Assembly: GCA_963779015.1 (NCBI GenBank)
Contig: CAVZWY010000022.1
Location: 3,890-67,889 of the forward strand
Direction of reading: 5' to 3'
DNA length: 64,000 bases
DNA from: an uncultured Planctomycetaceae bacterium
GTDB lineage: Bacteria > Planctomycetota > Planctomycetia > Pirellulales > PALSA-1355
The position numbers were made by a program, and so were the translations under genes. The first letter of the stretch is position 1. The number at the start of each line of letters is the position of its first letter. Of this stretch, positions 48,623 to 60,122 are shown in pieces. The notes beneath the pieces were generated by a model. It had not been told where the DNA came from, did no database searches, and was given only the letters and a program-made list of their open reading frames with translations.

Positions 48623-49575
48623 ATGACCAAACGCGCTGGTGTCGTTCTGGCGTGGGGCGTCACGCTGTTGTGGTCGTGCGTGGGCGTGGCCCGGGCCGCC
48701 GAGTGCGAGCCGTTGCAGTTCGGGCCGAGCGAGTTTTCAATCAGTGCCTGGTCTGAAAACGAATGGCGCTTGCTGCCGCACGACGATTGCCTTCGGCCGC
48801 GGAAGCTGTTCGCCTGGCCCGGGACGGAGCGGGCGTACGTCAACGGCCACGAGAATACGCCGCTGCAATCCGACCGGCCGACGTTCACGCAAGCCAATAC
48901 GGTGGTCGGCCTGCGCCGCGTGCAGGTCGAGTCGGGCTATACGTACATTCGCATCAGCGACAACGGCCCGCTGCGCACGGCCAACTCCGTGCCCGAGACG
49001 TTGCTGCGCGTGGGCGTGCTGGCCGAGTGGTGCGAGTTCCGCGTCGGCTGGAGTTCCGGCACGAATTCGCCGCGCGCAATTCGGCCGCCAGCATCTTCAG
49101 CGGCGCCGACCAACTCTACCTGGGAACTAAGTTCGCATTGACGTCTCAGGACGGCTGGCGACCGCAAATGGTCATCCTGCCTCAGATGAACATCTCGACG
49201 AACAAGGCAAACTGGAATGCCGGCGGCGTCGAGCCGGGCGTGAATTGGCTGTATGGCTGGCAGATCAACGAGTGGCTCTTCCTCGATGGCAGCACGCAAG
49301 TCAATCGGGCACGCGACGAAACGCGCTCGTGGTATGGACAATTCGCGCAGTCGCTCGTGTTCAACTATCAGGTGACCGGGCGGCTCAAATGTTTCACCGA
49401 GTGGTTCGCATTTTTTCCGGCCGGATCGGCCACCGCGCTGCCGCAACACTACGCCAATGGCGGCTTCACCTATCACGTCACGCCCAACTTCCAACTCGAC
49501 ATGCACGTCGGAGCCGGCCTCAACGGGCCCGCCGACAACATGTTCATCGGCAGCGGCATGGTTGCCCGGTTCTGA
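48623..49575 (+). CDS. outer-membrane beta-barrel of the MetA-pathway/transporter-like family, frameshifted near 49062-49075
   Basis: It has the signal peptide MTKRAGVVLAWGVTLLWSCVGVARA and the motif SDRPTFTQANTVVGLRRVQVESGYTY. ...RVGWSSGTN joins FAARNSAASIFSGADQLYLGTKFAL...GSGMVARF across a 1-nt shift. Confidence 0.65.
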
Positions 49576-49926
49576 ACGAGCCAAGTTCGAGCGGGGGAAG
49601 TGCCGCCATCCAATAAAGACAACCCTTGCCATCGACTGACAGAATCCGTCGCCCAATCCGCTGCATCATGCTTGCCGAGACTGGCTGAATGGGCACTCCA
49701 TTCGATGTTGGGGGACTACCGCGCACACAAGGTTCCGTCGGCCGTCGCCGGCCCCAAATGTTGGGGCTGGACAAACTCAGCAGCACTACGGCCAAGTTGA
49801 CATTGGCTCGTTGCCTGCGGCGGTCGCCAAGTCTTTCAGTGACATCGGTTTAGATGACGGCAGTGGTTTTCTTGCGTGTGATTTTCGCTATCATTTAAGA
49901 AGTCCACCATATCGGAAGGTCCCGAC

Positions 49927-52140
49927 ATGAAAGCTGCGACCAGAAACCGGCTCGTCATCGGCGCCTCCCTGGCGGTGGCCCTGCTGGCATTCAATGCTGG
50001 CGTCGACTATCGCAAGACCCGCGAACTACACGAAAGCTCGCAGTGGGTCATCCATTCCCATGAAGTGCACGATGCCTTGGTATCGCTGCTCTCGACGCTC
50101 AAGGACGCCGAAACGGGCCAACGCGGGTATGTAATCACAGGCGAAGCGGAATACCTCGCGCCCTACCACGATGCTTTGGCCCGCCATCGAACCGCCATCG
50201 AGCGAGTCGCCGAATTGACGGCGGACGATCCAGAACAGCAGGCCGACTTGCAGCGGCTACGGGGTCTCATTTCGGCCAAGCTCGATGAAATAGAAGAAGT
50301 GGTTTCAATTCGCAAGGCGCAAAGCTTCGACGCGGCGCGAGCGATGGTGGAGACCGACTACGGCAAGCGATCGATGGATGGCATTCGTTCGCTGGTGGAT
50401 ACGATGCAGGGCCGGGAAAAAAGTCTCTTGCAGGCGCGGCAAAGAGCCGACAACGCGGCCTATCGCTCCTCCGTGGCGGCCATCGCGGTGTCCGCAATAG
50501 CCGGCCTGGCAGTTGTTGCCGCGTTTTTATTGCTCTTGCGAGCCTATATCAAATCGGTCGTTCACTCGGCGGACCGGCTGTATGAGCAGCGTGAGTTGCT
50601 GCGAGCCACTCTTCTGAGTATCGGGGACGGCGTTATCGCCACGGACGTGGTGGGAAACGTGACGTTCCTGAACGACGTTGCTCAGCGTCTGACCGGTTGG
50701 CCTGAAACGGAGGCCAAGGGGACGGCGTGAGAAACCGTTTTCAAGATTGTCAATGAGGAAAACGGCAAGCCGGTCGTCAACCCGGCCGTTCGCGCTTTGG
50801 CCGAAGGTAAGGTCGTTGGACTTGCGAATCATACGATCTTGATCGGAAAGGACGGCATCGAGTGGCCTATCGACGACAGCGCTGCGCCGATCACGAGCGC
50901 GGATGGCAAAGTGAGGGGAGCCATTCTCGTTTTCCGAGAGATCAGCAGACGGAAAAAACAAGAGCAGGAATTGCGGCAGCACGCAGCCGCGCTGGCGGAA
51001 GCCGATCGCCGCAAGGACGAATTCCTGGCCGTGCTTGCGCACGAGTTGCGCAATCCCTTGGCCCCGATCAGCAGCGCTTTGCAACTCTGGCCATTCGTCG
51101 AAAACGACCGGAGCGAAATGGAGAATCTGCGCGTCATGATGGATCGTCAGTTGCAGATGATGATTCGACTGATCGACGATCTGCTGGACGTGTCGCGCAT
51201 TAGCCGAGGAACCATCCAGGTACACAAACAGCCCGTCGACCTTGCGATGGTGGTATCGGGAGCCGTCGACACGGTGAAGCCGCTGATGGATTCGTCAGGG
51301 CACCGGCTTATGCTCATACTTCCCGAGCAGCCGCTGTACGTCGACGGCGATGTTGCCAGGCTCAATCAAATACTTGGAAACATCTTGAACAATGCGGCGA
51401 AATTCACGGGACGCGCCGGAGCGATATGGATAACGGTCGAACGGGCCGACGGTCGCGCCGTCGTCAAGATCCGGGACGATGGCCCCGGCATTCCAAAGCA
51501 AATGCTCGGCGAGATTTTCGAGCTGTTCCGCCAGGTCGACGGATCGCTAAATCGACCTCACAGCGGACTCGGAATCGGCCTGACCCTCGTCAAACGATTG
51601 GTCGAGATGCACGGCGGAACGGTCGAAGCGCACAGCGAAGGGCCGGGCAAAGGAAGCGAATTCGTCGTGGCGCTTCCCCAGAGCAAATCGACCGACGAAA
51701 CGCTCTTGAGTGCAGCACGCTACCGGCCTCATCTTGTATCGGGAGTCCCGTTGCATCGGATCGTGGTTGTCGATGATATCGTTGCGTCCGCGAAAATGGT
51801 CGCGATGATGTTGACCGCGATCGGACAGCAAGTCGTGACTTTCAACGACGGAGCATCGGCCATCGAATGGATTCTTGCCCACGACGCGGACGTCGTGCTG
51901 CTCGACATCGCCATGCCGGGGATGAACGGCTATGAAGTCGCGCAGCGCCTGCGGCAAGAACGGCCAAAATTGGTATTGGTCGCGCTGACGGGCTACGGTC
52001 AAGAGGATGATCGGCGGCGGGCGTTCGAAGCCGGCTTCAACCACCATCTTGTCAAGCCGGTGACCATCGAGGTTTTGGAACAGATTCTCTTGACGGTCCC
52101 AAGCCGTCGTGAGGGAGCCGATTCGGCAATCGTTAAATAA
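49927..52140 (+). CDS. hybrid sensor histidine kinase (CHASE3-TM-PAS-HisKA-HATPase-receiver) with an in-frame TGA at 50728-50730
   Basis: ORFs 49927..50730 and 50797..52140 are in the same frame. The CHASE3 region, the PAS domain (split by the stop), the H-box LAHELRNPL, the HATPase G-boxes and the receiver domain are all present. Confidence 0.85.
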
Positions 52141-52161
52141 TGCCGCATCTGACGAGGAGAC

Positions 52162-52542
52162 ATGAAGACCATGGGACTTCCGATTCTACTAGTTGACGAC
52201 GACCCGGACTCTTGTGCGGCCGCGGCCAAGCTGCTGTGGGCGTGGGGCTACCAGGCCGACGTTGCCCACGATGGCCCCACCGCGCTGAAGCTCGCCGATG
52301 ATCGACCCTATAGCCTGGCGATTATCGACTACAAGATGCCGGGCATGAACGGCGTCGAATTGTTCCAGCAGTTGCACGACTTGCAGCCCAGCCTCAAGGG
52401 TGTTTTCCTTACGGGGTTCGCGACGATCGACGTGGTGTTTCCAGCGATCGAGTCGGGCGTGCTCCGTGTCTTGCAGAAGCCAGTCGATTTCAAGGAGCTC
52501 ATGCCCATCATTGAAGAATACGTGGGCCTACCGAACACATGA
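52162..52542 (+). CDS. single-domain response regulator (receiver)
   Basis: The protein contains LLVDDDPDS...LAIIDYKMPGMNGVELF...VFLTGF...KP. Confidence 0.85.
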   Translation: MKTMGLPILLVDDDPDSCAAAAKLLWAWGYQADVAHDGPTALKLADDRPYSLAIIDYKMPGMNGVELFQQLHDLQPSLKGVFLTGFATIDVVFPAIESGVLRVLQKPVDFKELMPIIEEYVGLPNT

Positions 52543-52730
52543 TCGCATCGACCCGGCGCCGCGAACAACGCACGGCATCATTCCAGCGGCGCCAGGGCGA
52601 TCGCCCTCAAAATGCGACAACGGCGTGACTCGGGAGGAGTCGAAAGATCTGCGCATGCCAAGCGAGCCCAATTGCTCAGCCGTCCAACAAAAACAGCCCT
52701 TGTCATCTCCTGACAAGAGCCGTCGGCGAG

Positions 52731-52803
52731 TGGAGCGGAAGGGAGTCGAACCCTCGACCTCTGCATTGCGAACGCAGCGCTCTCCCAACTGAGCTACCGC
52801 CCC
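52731..52803 (-). tRNA. tRNA-Ala (anticodon CGC)
   Basis: I folded the cloverleaf by hand from GGGGCGGTAGCTCAGTTGGGAGAGCGCTGCGTTCGCAATGCAGAGGTCGAGGGTTCGACTCCCTTCCGCTCCA. It has a G3:U70 pair and the anticodon loop TTCGCAA. No CCA is encoded. Confidence 0.95.
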
Positions 52804-52883
52804 GAAAGTCGTTCGGCGTGCGCCTTGACGCACCGACGTGCAGTCTGTGCGACCGCAGTGGCGCCGCGCCGAACCGATTCAAC

Positions 52884-52912
52884 ATTCTAGGGCGACCAGG
52901 CCGGACTGTCCA
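52884..52912 (-). promoter_or_regulatory. sigma70-like promoter candidate upstream of tRNA-Ala
   Basis: The minus strand reads TGGACA, a 17-nt spacer, then TAGAAT, ~80 nt upstream of the tRNA 5' end. Confidence 0.4.
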
Positions 52913-52981
52913 GGCGAACTGGGCCGCCGCTAGCGGGCACATCGAACCCTAACACCAGGCCGTGCCGGTACGCGGGGAGAG

Positions 52982-54453
52982 CTACGGTTCCAAGCCCAGG
53001 CTCTTGCGATACGCCTGGCGCTGGGCGTCGCGGCCAAGCTCGTCGGTGATCTGGTTCCACGCGGCCGCCGCGTCGGCCAGCGCGACGATGGGCGAGGCTT
53101 CGCCGCCCAGCACCTGGGCCACCGCGGAATCGAGGGCCGCCAGGTAGCGGTCGTGGCCCGGGATGCGCAGCGCCAGCAGATACGTGGGCCGATTCACCGC
53201 GTCGCGCGCCGACTCGCCATACTCTCGCGCGGCTTCCGCGTCGGTGCCGGCGTCGACCCACGGCTGTGTCAGCCGCAGTTGCGAGCGGCGATAGAGCGTG
53301 GTGGCCGCACTGGCGCTACTGACGCTGCCGATGTCGCCGCCCCAGTTCTTGCCCGACAGCCAGGCCAGGAACTGAAACGCCGCTTGCGAGTTGGCGCTGC
53401 CCTCGCAGAGCGAAGCCAGTCGGCCCGACAGCCCCAGCAGCGTGACGTGTACGCCTTCCTGCTCGTTGCGGCTCTCCCACGAGTTGTCGGCATAGTTGTA
53501 AACGTCGTCCGAGCCGGGCAGCTCGCAAAAGCTCGTGGCGACTGGCGTGGGCGACGGTTTGCTCGCGCACTGATGCGCCGGCCAGGCGATGGCCATGGCG
53601 CATTGGCCCTGCAGAAACGCGTCGCGCGCCGCATCGAGGTCGACGGGTGCGCGGATCGGCGGGGCCGAACTTCGCATCCGCCACCAACTCTTCCAGAGCG
53701 CGGCACGTAGCCCACGCCGTCGATGAGCGGTTGCATCGTATCCATATTGAACAGCGTCGAGTAATGATCGCGATGTTTGACGTGCGCGGCGGCGCGGGCC
53801 AGCAGCATTCGCCCTGCCCAGCCCGCGGCCAAGGGTTCGATGCAGCCATGCCATGCCGCCTCGGCTCCCGGCGCAGCTTCGACAAGGTTCTCGCGCTTGG
53901 CAAAGAATTCGGCCAGTTCGTGATACTCCTTCCACGTGCGCGGCGGGCGGCGGTGGAACTTCTCGAACAGATCGGCGCGATAGTAGCAAGTCAGCACGGG
54001 CGACCCCAACGGCACGGCCAACGTTGCTTGCCCCCAGCGAGTGGCGGCAATCTGCAACAACTCGAACGTATCGCTCCAGGCCAACTCACGATTGCTCGGG
54101 TAGTCCGCCGGCAGCGGCATCAGCCAGTTCCGCTCGGCAAAGGTGCCCAGCAGGGCCGACGGATAGATCACCGCGTCGCTGCCCAGCGGCAGCGATTCGG
54201 CGGAGACCAGTTCGGCGCTGGTTGTCTCGGTGATCGAAAGCGTGGCGCCGCTGCGGGCTTTCCATTCGCCGCTGACTTGACGAATCGCCTCGGCCAGCGC
54301 GGGATCATCGGCCACGACCAGTTGGATTTGCACATCGCGAGCCGGCGCCGCCTCGGGCGCGGCTGTGGAATCCGACCGCGGCCTGCAGCCACCGGATGCC
54401 GTAACCAGCAGCAACACGAGCCCAACGATTCGATGGAGCGTCCGACGTTGCAT
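52982..54453 (-). CDS. extracellular solute-binding protein (ABC sugar-type), two frameshifts near 53640-53710
   Basis: It has the lipoprotein-like leader MQRRTLHRIVGLVLLLVTASGGC. The coding sense passes through all three minus frames: ...MQPLIDGVGYV, then RALEELVADAKFGP, then ...APVDLDAARDAFLQGQCAMAIAWPA.... Confidence 0.7.
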
Positions 54454-54659
54454 GAAATCTCCCGAGTAATCCGCCCGGCCGCCGAGAAAACGCGGCCCCG
54501 CAGTGCATGGTAGAGCCCCCGGCCGGCATTGGTCAATCGTAGGCAAGTGAGCGCAAACCGCCGGCGGTTGAAAGCAGCCGAGCGGGCAGAGTACAATCCC
54601 GCCATCTCATTTCCGCGGCGTGGCAGCGCGGCAATTCTGATCCAGGTTTGGCGGTATCC

Positions 54660-56191
54660 ATGAGCGTATTTCTCGGCATCGACATCGGCACTTCCGGCAC
54701 CAAGACGCTGGCCATCGATCCTCGTGGCAAGATCCTGGCCGAAGCGACCAGCCCTTACCCCTCCTACCATCCCAAGCCGCTGTGGAGCGAACAAGACCCG
54801 GACGACTGGTGGCAAGCCACGGTGAAGACCGTGCGCTCGGTGGTCAAGCAGGCGAAAATCAAACCGGCGGACGTGAAATCGATCGGACTGTCGGGCCAGA
54901 TGCACGGTTCGGTGTTTCTCGACAAGAAGGACCGCGTAATCCGTCGCGCGCTGTTGTGGAACGACCAGCGCACCGCGGCGGAGTGCGACGAGATCGAACG
55001 CCGTGCCGGCGGCCGCGCGGCACTGATCCGCATGGTGGCCAACCCCGCGCTCACCGGCTTCACGGCGCCCAAGATCCTTTGGCTGCGCAATCACGAGCCC
55101 CGCAACTTCGACAAGACGGCCAAGGTGCTATTGCCCAAGGACGACGTGCGCCGCCGCATGACGGGCGAATATGCCACCGACGTCAGCGACGCCAGCGGTA
55201 TGCTGCTGTTGGACGTGGCGAAGCGCAACTGGTCGACGGAGTTGCTCGGCAAGCTCGAGTTCGCTCGCTCGCTCTTCGGTCAGTGCTACGAATCGGAGGA
55301 GATCACCGGCAAGCTCACGAAAGAGGCCGCCAAGCAACTCGGCCTGACCACCGATTGCATGGTCGTCGGCGGGGCAGGGGATTGCGCCGCCGGCGCCGTG
55401 GGCAATGGCATCGTCAGCCGCGGCACGCTCTCCACCTCGATCGGCACCGGCGCGGTGATGTTCGTCCACAGCGACACCGTGGAAGTCGATCCGCTGGGGC
55501 GACTGCACACGTTTTGCCACGCGGTACACGGCAAGTGGCACATGATGGGAGTGAGTCTCACCGGCGGCGGCTGCCTGCAATGGTTTCGCAACAAGTTGTG
55601 CCAGGCCGAGATCGCCGCGGCCAAGAGAACCAAGATCGATCCCTACACGATCATCACCGAGGAAGCGGCCAAGATTCCTTCGGGCTGCGAGGGCCTCATT
55701 TTTCTTCCCTACCTTGCCGGCGAACGCACGCCGCACGCCGATCCGGACGCCCGCGGTTGTTTTATCGGCCTGACGCTGGCGCACTGCGCGGCCACATGGT
55801 GCGTGCCGTGATGGAAGGCGTGGGCTACGAGATGCGCGACAGCCTGGAGATCATTCAGGAACTGGGCGTGCCGGTGCGGCAAATTCGGGCCTCGGGCGGT
55901 GGATCCAAGAGTCCCCTGTGGCGGCAGATCCAGGCTGATGTGTTTGGCCAGAAGGTGGTGACGATCAACGCCGAAGAGGGGCCGGCATACGGCGTGGCCC
56001 TGTTGGCGGCCGTGGGAGCCGGCGTGTTCAAGAACGTCGAGGAAGCGTGCCAGGCCACGATCCGCGTAGTAAAGGAAACAAAGCCCAATGCCGCCGCTCG
56101 CAAGGTGCACGACAAGGCGTTTCCGATCTATCAAGGGCTCTATCGCTCGCTGAAAGACGACTTCAAGCGCATCGCCGCCCTCGAAAACTGA
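54660..56191 (+). CDS. xylB: xylulokinase, frameshifted near 55780-55795
   Basis: The protein has [20 protein letters not shown] and [11 protein letters not shown]. ...[10 protein letters not shown] joins ..[21 protein letters not shown]...[20 protein letters not shown] across a 1-nt shift. Confidence 0.9.
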
Positions 56192-56259
56192 TACCATGGT
56201 CCTTGGGCGCTGCGGCGAAGTCGGCCGCGCCGACATTCGCAATCCTCGCGAGGGAGTGC

Positions 56260-57204
56260 ATGGCCATCCTCTATCTGACCGAAGCCGACGTCGAAACGCT
56301 TGTGGACATGCCCACGGCGATTGCCGTTTGCGAGGAAGCATTTCGCCGGCTGGCTGCGGGTGAGGCCGACAATGTGCCGAGAACCCGCGCCCTTGCGCCG
56401 GGCATCGTGTTGCACTCGATGAGTGCCGCGGCGGCCTATCTGGGCATGGTCGGCGTGAAAACCTACACCACCACCAAGCAGGGCGCGCGATTCCGCCTCG
56501 ATCTGTACGACGCAACCGGCGCGCCGGTTGCCATGATCGAGGCCGATCGGCTCGGGCAACTGCGCACCGGCGCCACGACCGGCGTGGCCGTTCAGGCCAT
56601 GGCCGATCCCGAAGCCAAGGAAGTCGGCCTGTTCGGATCGGGTTGGCAAGCGCAAAGCCAATTGGTCGCCGTGGCTTCGGCACGAGGAATCGAGGTGGCG
56701 TACGTCTACAGTCGCAACGAGCAACGCCGCCGCGATTTTGCCGAATTGATGTCCGCCCGCCTGCACGTCGACGTCCGCCCCGTCGATCGTCCACAAGAAG
56801 CCGCCGAGGAACTACCGATCGTGGTCACGGCCACGCACAGCCGCGAGCCGGTGTTCGACGGTTCGTGGCTGGCCGAAGGCTCGTTGGTCTGCGCCATTGG
56901 ATCGAACTGGCTCAATCGTGCCGAGATTGACTCCACGGTCGTGCGTCGCGCCGACAACATCGTCTGCGACAGCGTCAAAGCCTGCCGCAACGAAGCGGGC
57001 GACTTTTCCGACGCGCTTTCCAAGGGGATCTTCGATTGGAGCCGCGCGGTGGAGCTGGCCGACGTGGTGACCGGGCGGGCAACGGGCCGCAACATGCGAG
57101 AGAGCATCACGCTGTTCAAATCGGTCGGCCTGGCACTGGAAGACGTCGCCCTGGGCGCCAAGGTGTTCCAGCGAGCTCGCGCAAAAATGTCGGTCGCGAA
57201 CTGA
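56260..57204 (+). CDS. ornithine cyclodeaminase / mu-crystallin family protein
   Basis: The protein has MAILYLTEADVETLVDMPTAI, LGQLRTGATTGVA and the Rossmann motif GLFGSGWQA. AGGGAG lies upstream of the ATG at 56260. Confidence 0.85.
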   Translation: MAILYLTEADVETLVDMPTAIAVCEEAFRRLAAGEADNVPRTRALAPGIVLHSMSAAAAYLGMVGVKTYTTTKQGARFRLDLYDATGAPVAMIEADRLGQLRTGATTGVAVQAMADPEAKEVGLFGSGWQAQSQLVAVASARGIEVAYVYSRNEQRRRDFAELMSARLHVDVRPVDRPQEAAEELPIVVTATHSREPVFDGSWLAEGSLVCAIGSNWLNRAEIDSTVVRRADNIVCDSVKACRNEAGDFSDALSKGIFDWSRAVELADVVTGRATGRNMRESITLFKSVGLALEDVALGAKVFQRARAKMSVAN

Positions 57205-57454
57205 CTTTCTAGATCGCGCTTTGGTTCGCTCGGGCCGGCCTCTCAGGGCGCGGCCTCTCTGTAACAATCGGCGCAACCCGTCTCTTCGTGTCGACCGCGT
57301 CAGCCGCACACTTCAATCGCGCACTTTTGCACCCGGCGAGTGCAGCGGCCGCATGCGTCAACGGCTCACGCTTCGCGCGACCAACGCGTCGATCTTGGGC
57401 GACCTATATTCCCAACAGGGAACGTTCAATTCGTGGTCGAAGAGCGAGAGACTG

Positions 57455-58839
57455 ATGCCGGACAACTCCTTCGAAGCGCCCGAGAACCGCGCCGCCAAGT
57501 CGCCGTCGAAGAGCACGAAAAAGCCGCCCAAGCCGCTGCGCCACTCGCGCATGCAGTTCGAGCCGCTCGAGCCGCGGAATATGATGGCCGGCGACGCGGC
57601 GACCGCCACCAGCGAGGTGTTGCAAGCCTCGCAGATGAGCGCGTTCTTCGAGCAGTCGGCGCTCTATATGGATCGCCAGCCGGCAACGTTTCCCACGGTC
57701 TCGTGGCTCGCCCATTTGGAGCGACCGCAGATCGAGCCGCGCCGCGCCGACTCGGTCGAACTCATCGAGAAAACGAACGATCTCATTGAGTCCGAGCTGG
57801 GCCACGGCAAGGTCCGCATTGGCGGCATGCTGCCACCCGGCGTTGGCGCCCGTGCCTCGGGCGGACTGCGCCGCTTGATCCGCGTCGACATCGGCTGGCC
57901 CGATCACGTATACGCTCCGTATGTCGACATCACCGCGACGCCGATGTTCGACTTCGTCGAGTCCGCGGTCAGCGAAGGCATTTTGTACTACAACCTGGCC
58001 AATATTTCGGCTGACCCGCAAAATCGACCCAGTTGGGGCGGCGATCCCAACCGCGCCGTCGACGGCGGCGCCTTCGACGCGCAGTTGCGCGAGCAGATTC
58101 ACGAGTTGCGCCTCTGGGCGGCGATGTGGCGGTCTCCTTTGGCGGTCCGCACGGCAAGTCGCTGGCCGAAGCCATTGAAAACGTCGACGAGCTGAAGCAG
58201 GCTTATCGCAACGTCATCGATGCCTATGGCCTGTGCCGCATCGACTTCGATCTCTCCGCCGAAGCGCTCGACAACCACCAGGCGATCGAGCGCAACTGGC
58301 AAGCCGTTGCCGAGCTGCAGCGAGAAATGTCCGAACTCGGGGCTCCGCTGGAGGTGTGGGTTACACTGCCCGCAACGCGCAAGGGATTGGGCGAAGCAGC
58401 GCTCGACGCGGTTCGCTCGGCCGGACAGAACGGCGTCAACCTCGATGGCGTCAACCTCAAGACCGATTACCACGATGCGACCGAGCCGCAGGCGGACCGA
58501 CGGACGGGCCGCGAGACGATCGAAACCACGGTCAATGCCTACTACCAGTTGCGCCGCACGCTGCTGCCCGATGCTAACACCGGCGAAGTGTGGGTAAAAG
58601 TCGGCATCACGCCGGTTGCCGGTTCCGACGGCGCCACGTTTGGTCCCACAGACGCCCGCGAAGTGTACGGCTTTGCCGAGAAACAGCACTTGGGTATGGT
58701 GAGTCTGTGGACGCTCAACCGCGACGCCCGGCCACAGGGACAAGGCGCCCAGAAGGCTCCTGCCGCACAGCCCGCGGCGTCCGAAGGCTTCGACATTTCG
58801 CAGATCTTCAGCGAGTTTGGCAAACTGATGCCGCGGTAG
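57455..58839 (+). CDS. secreted GH18 (chitinase-like) fold protein, frameshifted near 58108-58118
   Basis: It has an LEPLEPRNMMAG leader and YAPYVDIT. ...ELRLW joins GGDVAVSFGGPHG...RIDFDLS...TPVAGSDG... across a 1-nt shift at a G run. The DxDxE position reads DFDLS. Confidence 0.6.
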
Positions 58840-58887
58840 GCGGTCGATGCTCGCTCTGGCGAACTGCCGTATTGCACCCGTCCCGGT

Positions 58888-60006
58888 TTATCGCGCCCCG
58901 ACGTCCGACCACTTGCGCAACTCCGGACCGGTATATCTCGCTCGTGGACGGATCAGCCGGTTGTTGTCGAGTTGCTCGATCACGTGCGCTGCCCAGCCGG
59001 CAACCCGGCTCACGACAAACAGCGGTGTGTAGAGATCGACGTCCAGGCCCATGTAGTGATAGAGCCGCGCGCTGGGCCAATCCAGATTCGGGGGCAGGCC
59101 CTTCTCGGTGCGTACGATGGACTCGATCGTGTCGGCCATGGCCTCCATGTTCTCGTTGCCCGTTTCCGCAGCCAACTGCTGGCAAAGCGTTCGCAGATAG
59201 GCGGCGCGGGGATCGCCCGTTTTGTAGACGCGATGGCCAAAGCCCATGATGCGCCGTTTCTTGGCCAATGCATCGCGAATCCAGGCTTCGGCCTTGTCGG
59301 CCGTGCCGACTTCCTTCAGCACGGCCATCACGGCCTCGTTAGCGCCGCCGTGCAAAGGCCCCTTGAGCGCGCCAATGGCGGCGGTCACCGCCGAATGCAC
59401 GTCGGAGAGCGTCGAACTCACCACGCGCGCAGCGAACGTCGAAGCGTTGTATTCATGTTCGGCATAGAGGATCAACGATACGTCCATCGCCTTGGTCAGC
59501 CGTTCGCTGGGCTTCTTGTCGAACAGCATCCACAGGATGTTGCCGGCCAGCGAAAGCTCACGATCATAGGCGACGGGCTTTTGCTTCTTCGCCAGGCGAT
59601 AGCGCGACGTCATCACCACCGGCAACTGAGCCAGCAGGTGTTCGGCCTTCCGCACGTTGGCGTCGTGACTGTTGTCCGGCGTGTCGGCGTCCCAATGGGC
59701 CAGGGCGCTTGCCCCGGTCCGCATGATGTCCATCATGGCGACGCCGTCGGGTATCTTGGCGAGCAACTCGGTGAGTGGCGCGGGGATGGCGGCGCTTTTG
59801 GCCAGCCGGTCGCCAAACGCCCGCAGTTGGTCGCCATTGGGCGGGTCGCCGTGCACCAGCAAGTAGGCCACTTCCTCGAACGTGGCGTGCTCGGCCAGAT
59901 CCTCGATCGAATAGCCGCGATACTGCAAACCGCCGGCAATGGTGCTGATCGCCGTTTCGCCGGCGACGACCCCTTCGAGCCCTGGCGAGTAAATGGGTTC
60001 GGACAT
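58888..60006 (-). CDS. prpC: citrate synthase family protein, probably 2-methylcitrate synthase
   Basis: The 372-aa protein has GFGHRVYKTGDPRA and lies directly downstream of a methylisocitrate-lyase gene. Confidence 0.85.
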   Translation of the reverse strand: MSEPIYSPGLEGVVAGETAISTIAGGLQYRGYSIEDLAEHATFEEVAYLLVHGDPPNGDQLRAFGDRLAKSAAIPAPLTELLAKIPDGVAMMDIMRTGASALAHWDADTPDNSHDANVRKAEHLLAQLPVVMTSRYRLAKKQKPVAYDRELSLAGNILWMLFDKKPSERLTKAMDVSLILYAEHEYNASTFAARVVSSTLSDVHSAVTAAIGALKGPLHGGANEAVMAVLKEVGTADKAEAWIRDALAKKRRIMGFGHRVYKTGDPRAAYLRTLCQQLAAETGNENMEAMADTIESIVRTEKGLPPNLDWPSARLYHYMGLDVDLYTPLFVVSRVAGWAAHVIEQLDNNRLIRPRARYTGPELRKWSDVGAR

Positions 60007-60122
60007 GGCAACCTTTCTTCGAAAACAACACCCCGTATACCGCGACGTGACGGTCGAACGGCCAAACCAAGCGTCAAAATGTTTGCTCGTCGGGCGAGAT
60101 TGCCGCCGCGCGAAGCTGGGAG

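Noticed and set aside
50728-50730. In-frame TGA as selenocysteine or programmed recoding.
   Set aside because: The position is aliphatic in comparable PAS domains, with no Cys/Sec redox context. I saw no obvious SECIS-like hairpin immediately downstream. The contig is also full of other lesions, so a nonsense change or a sequencing error is more likely.
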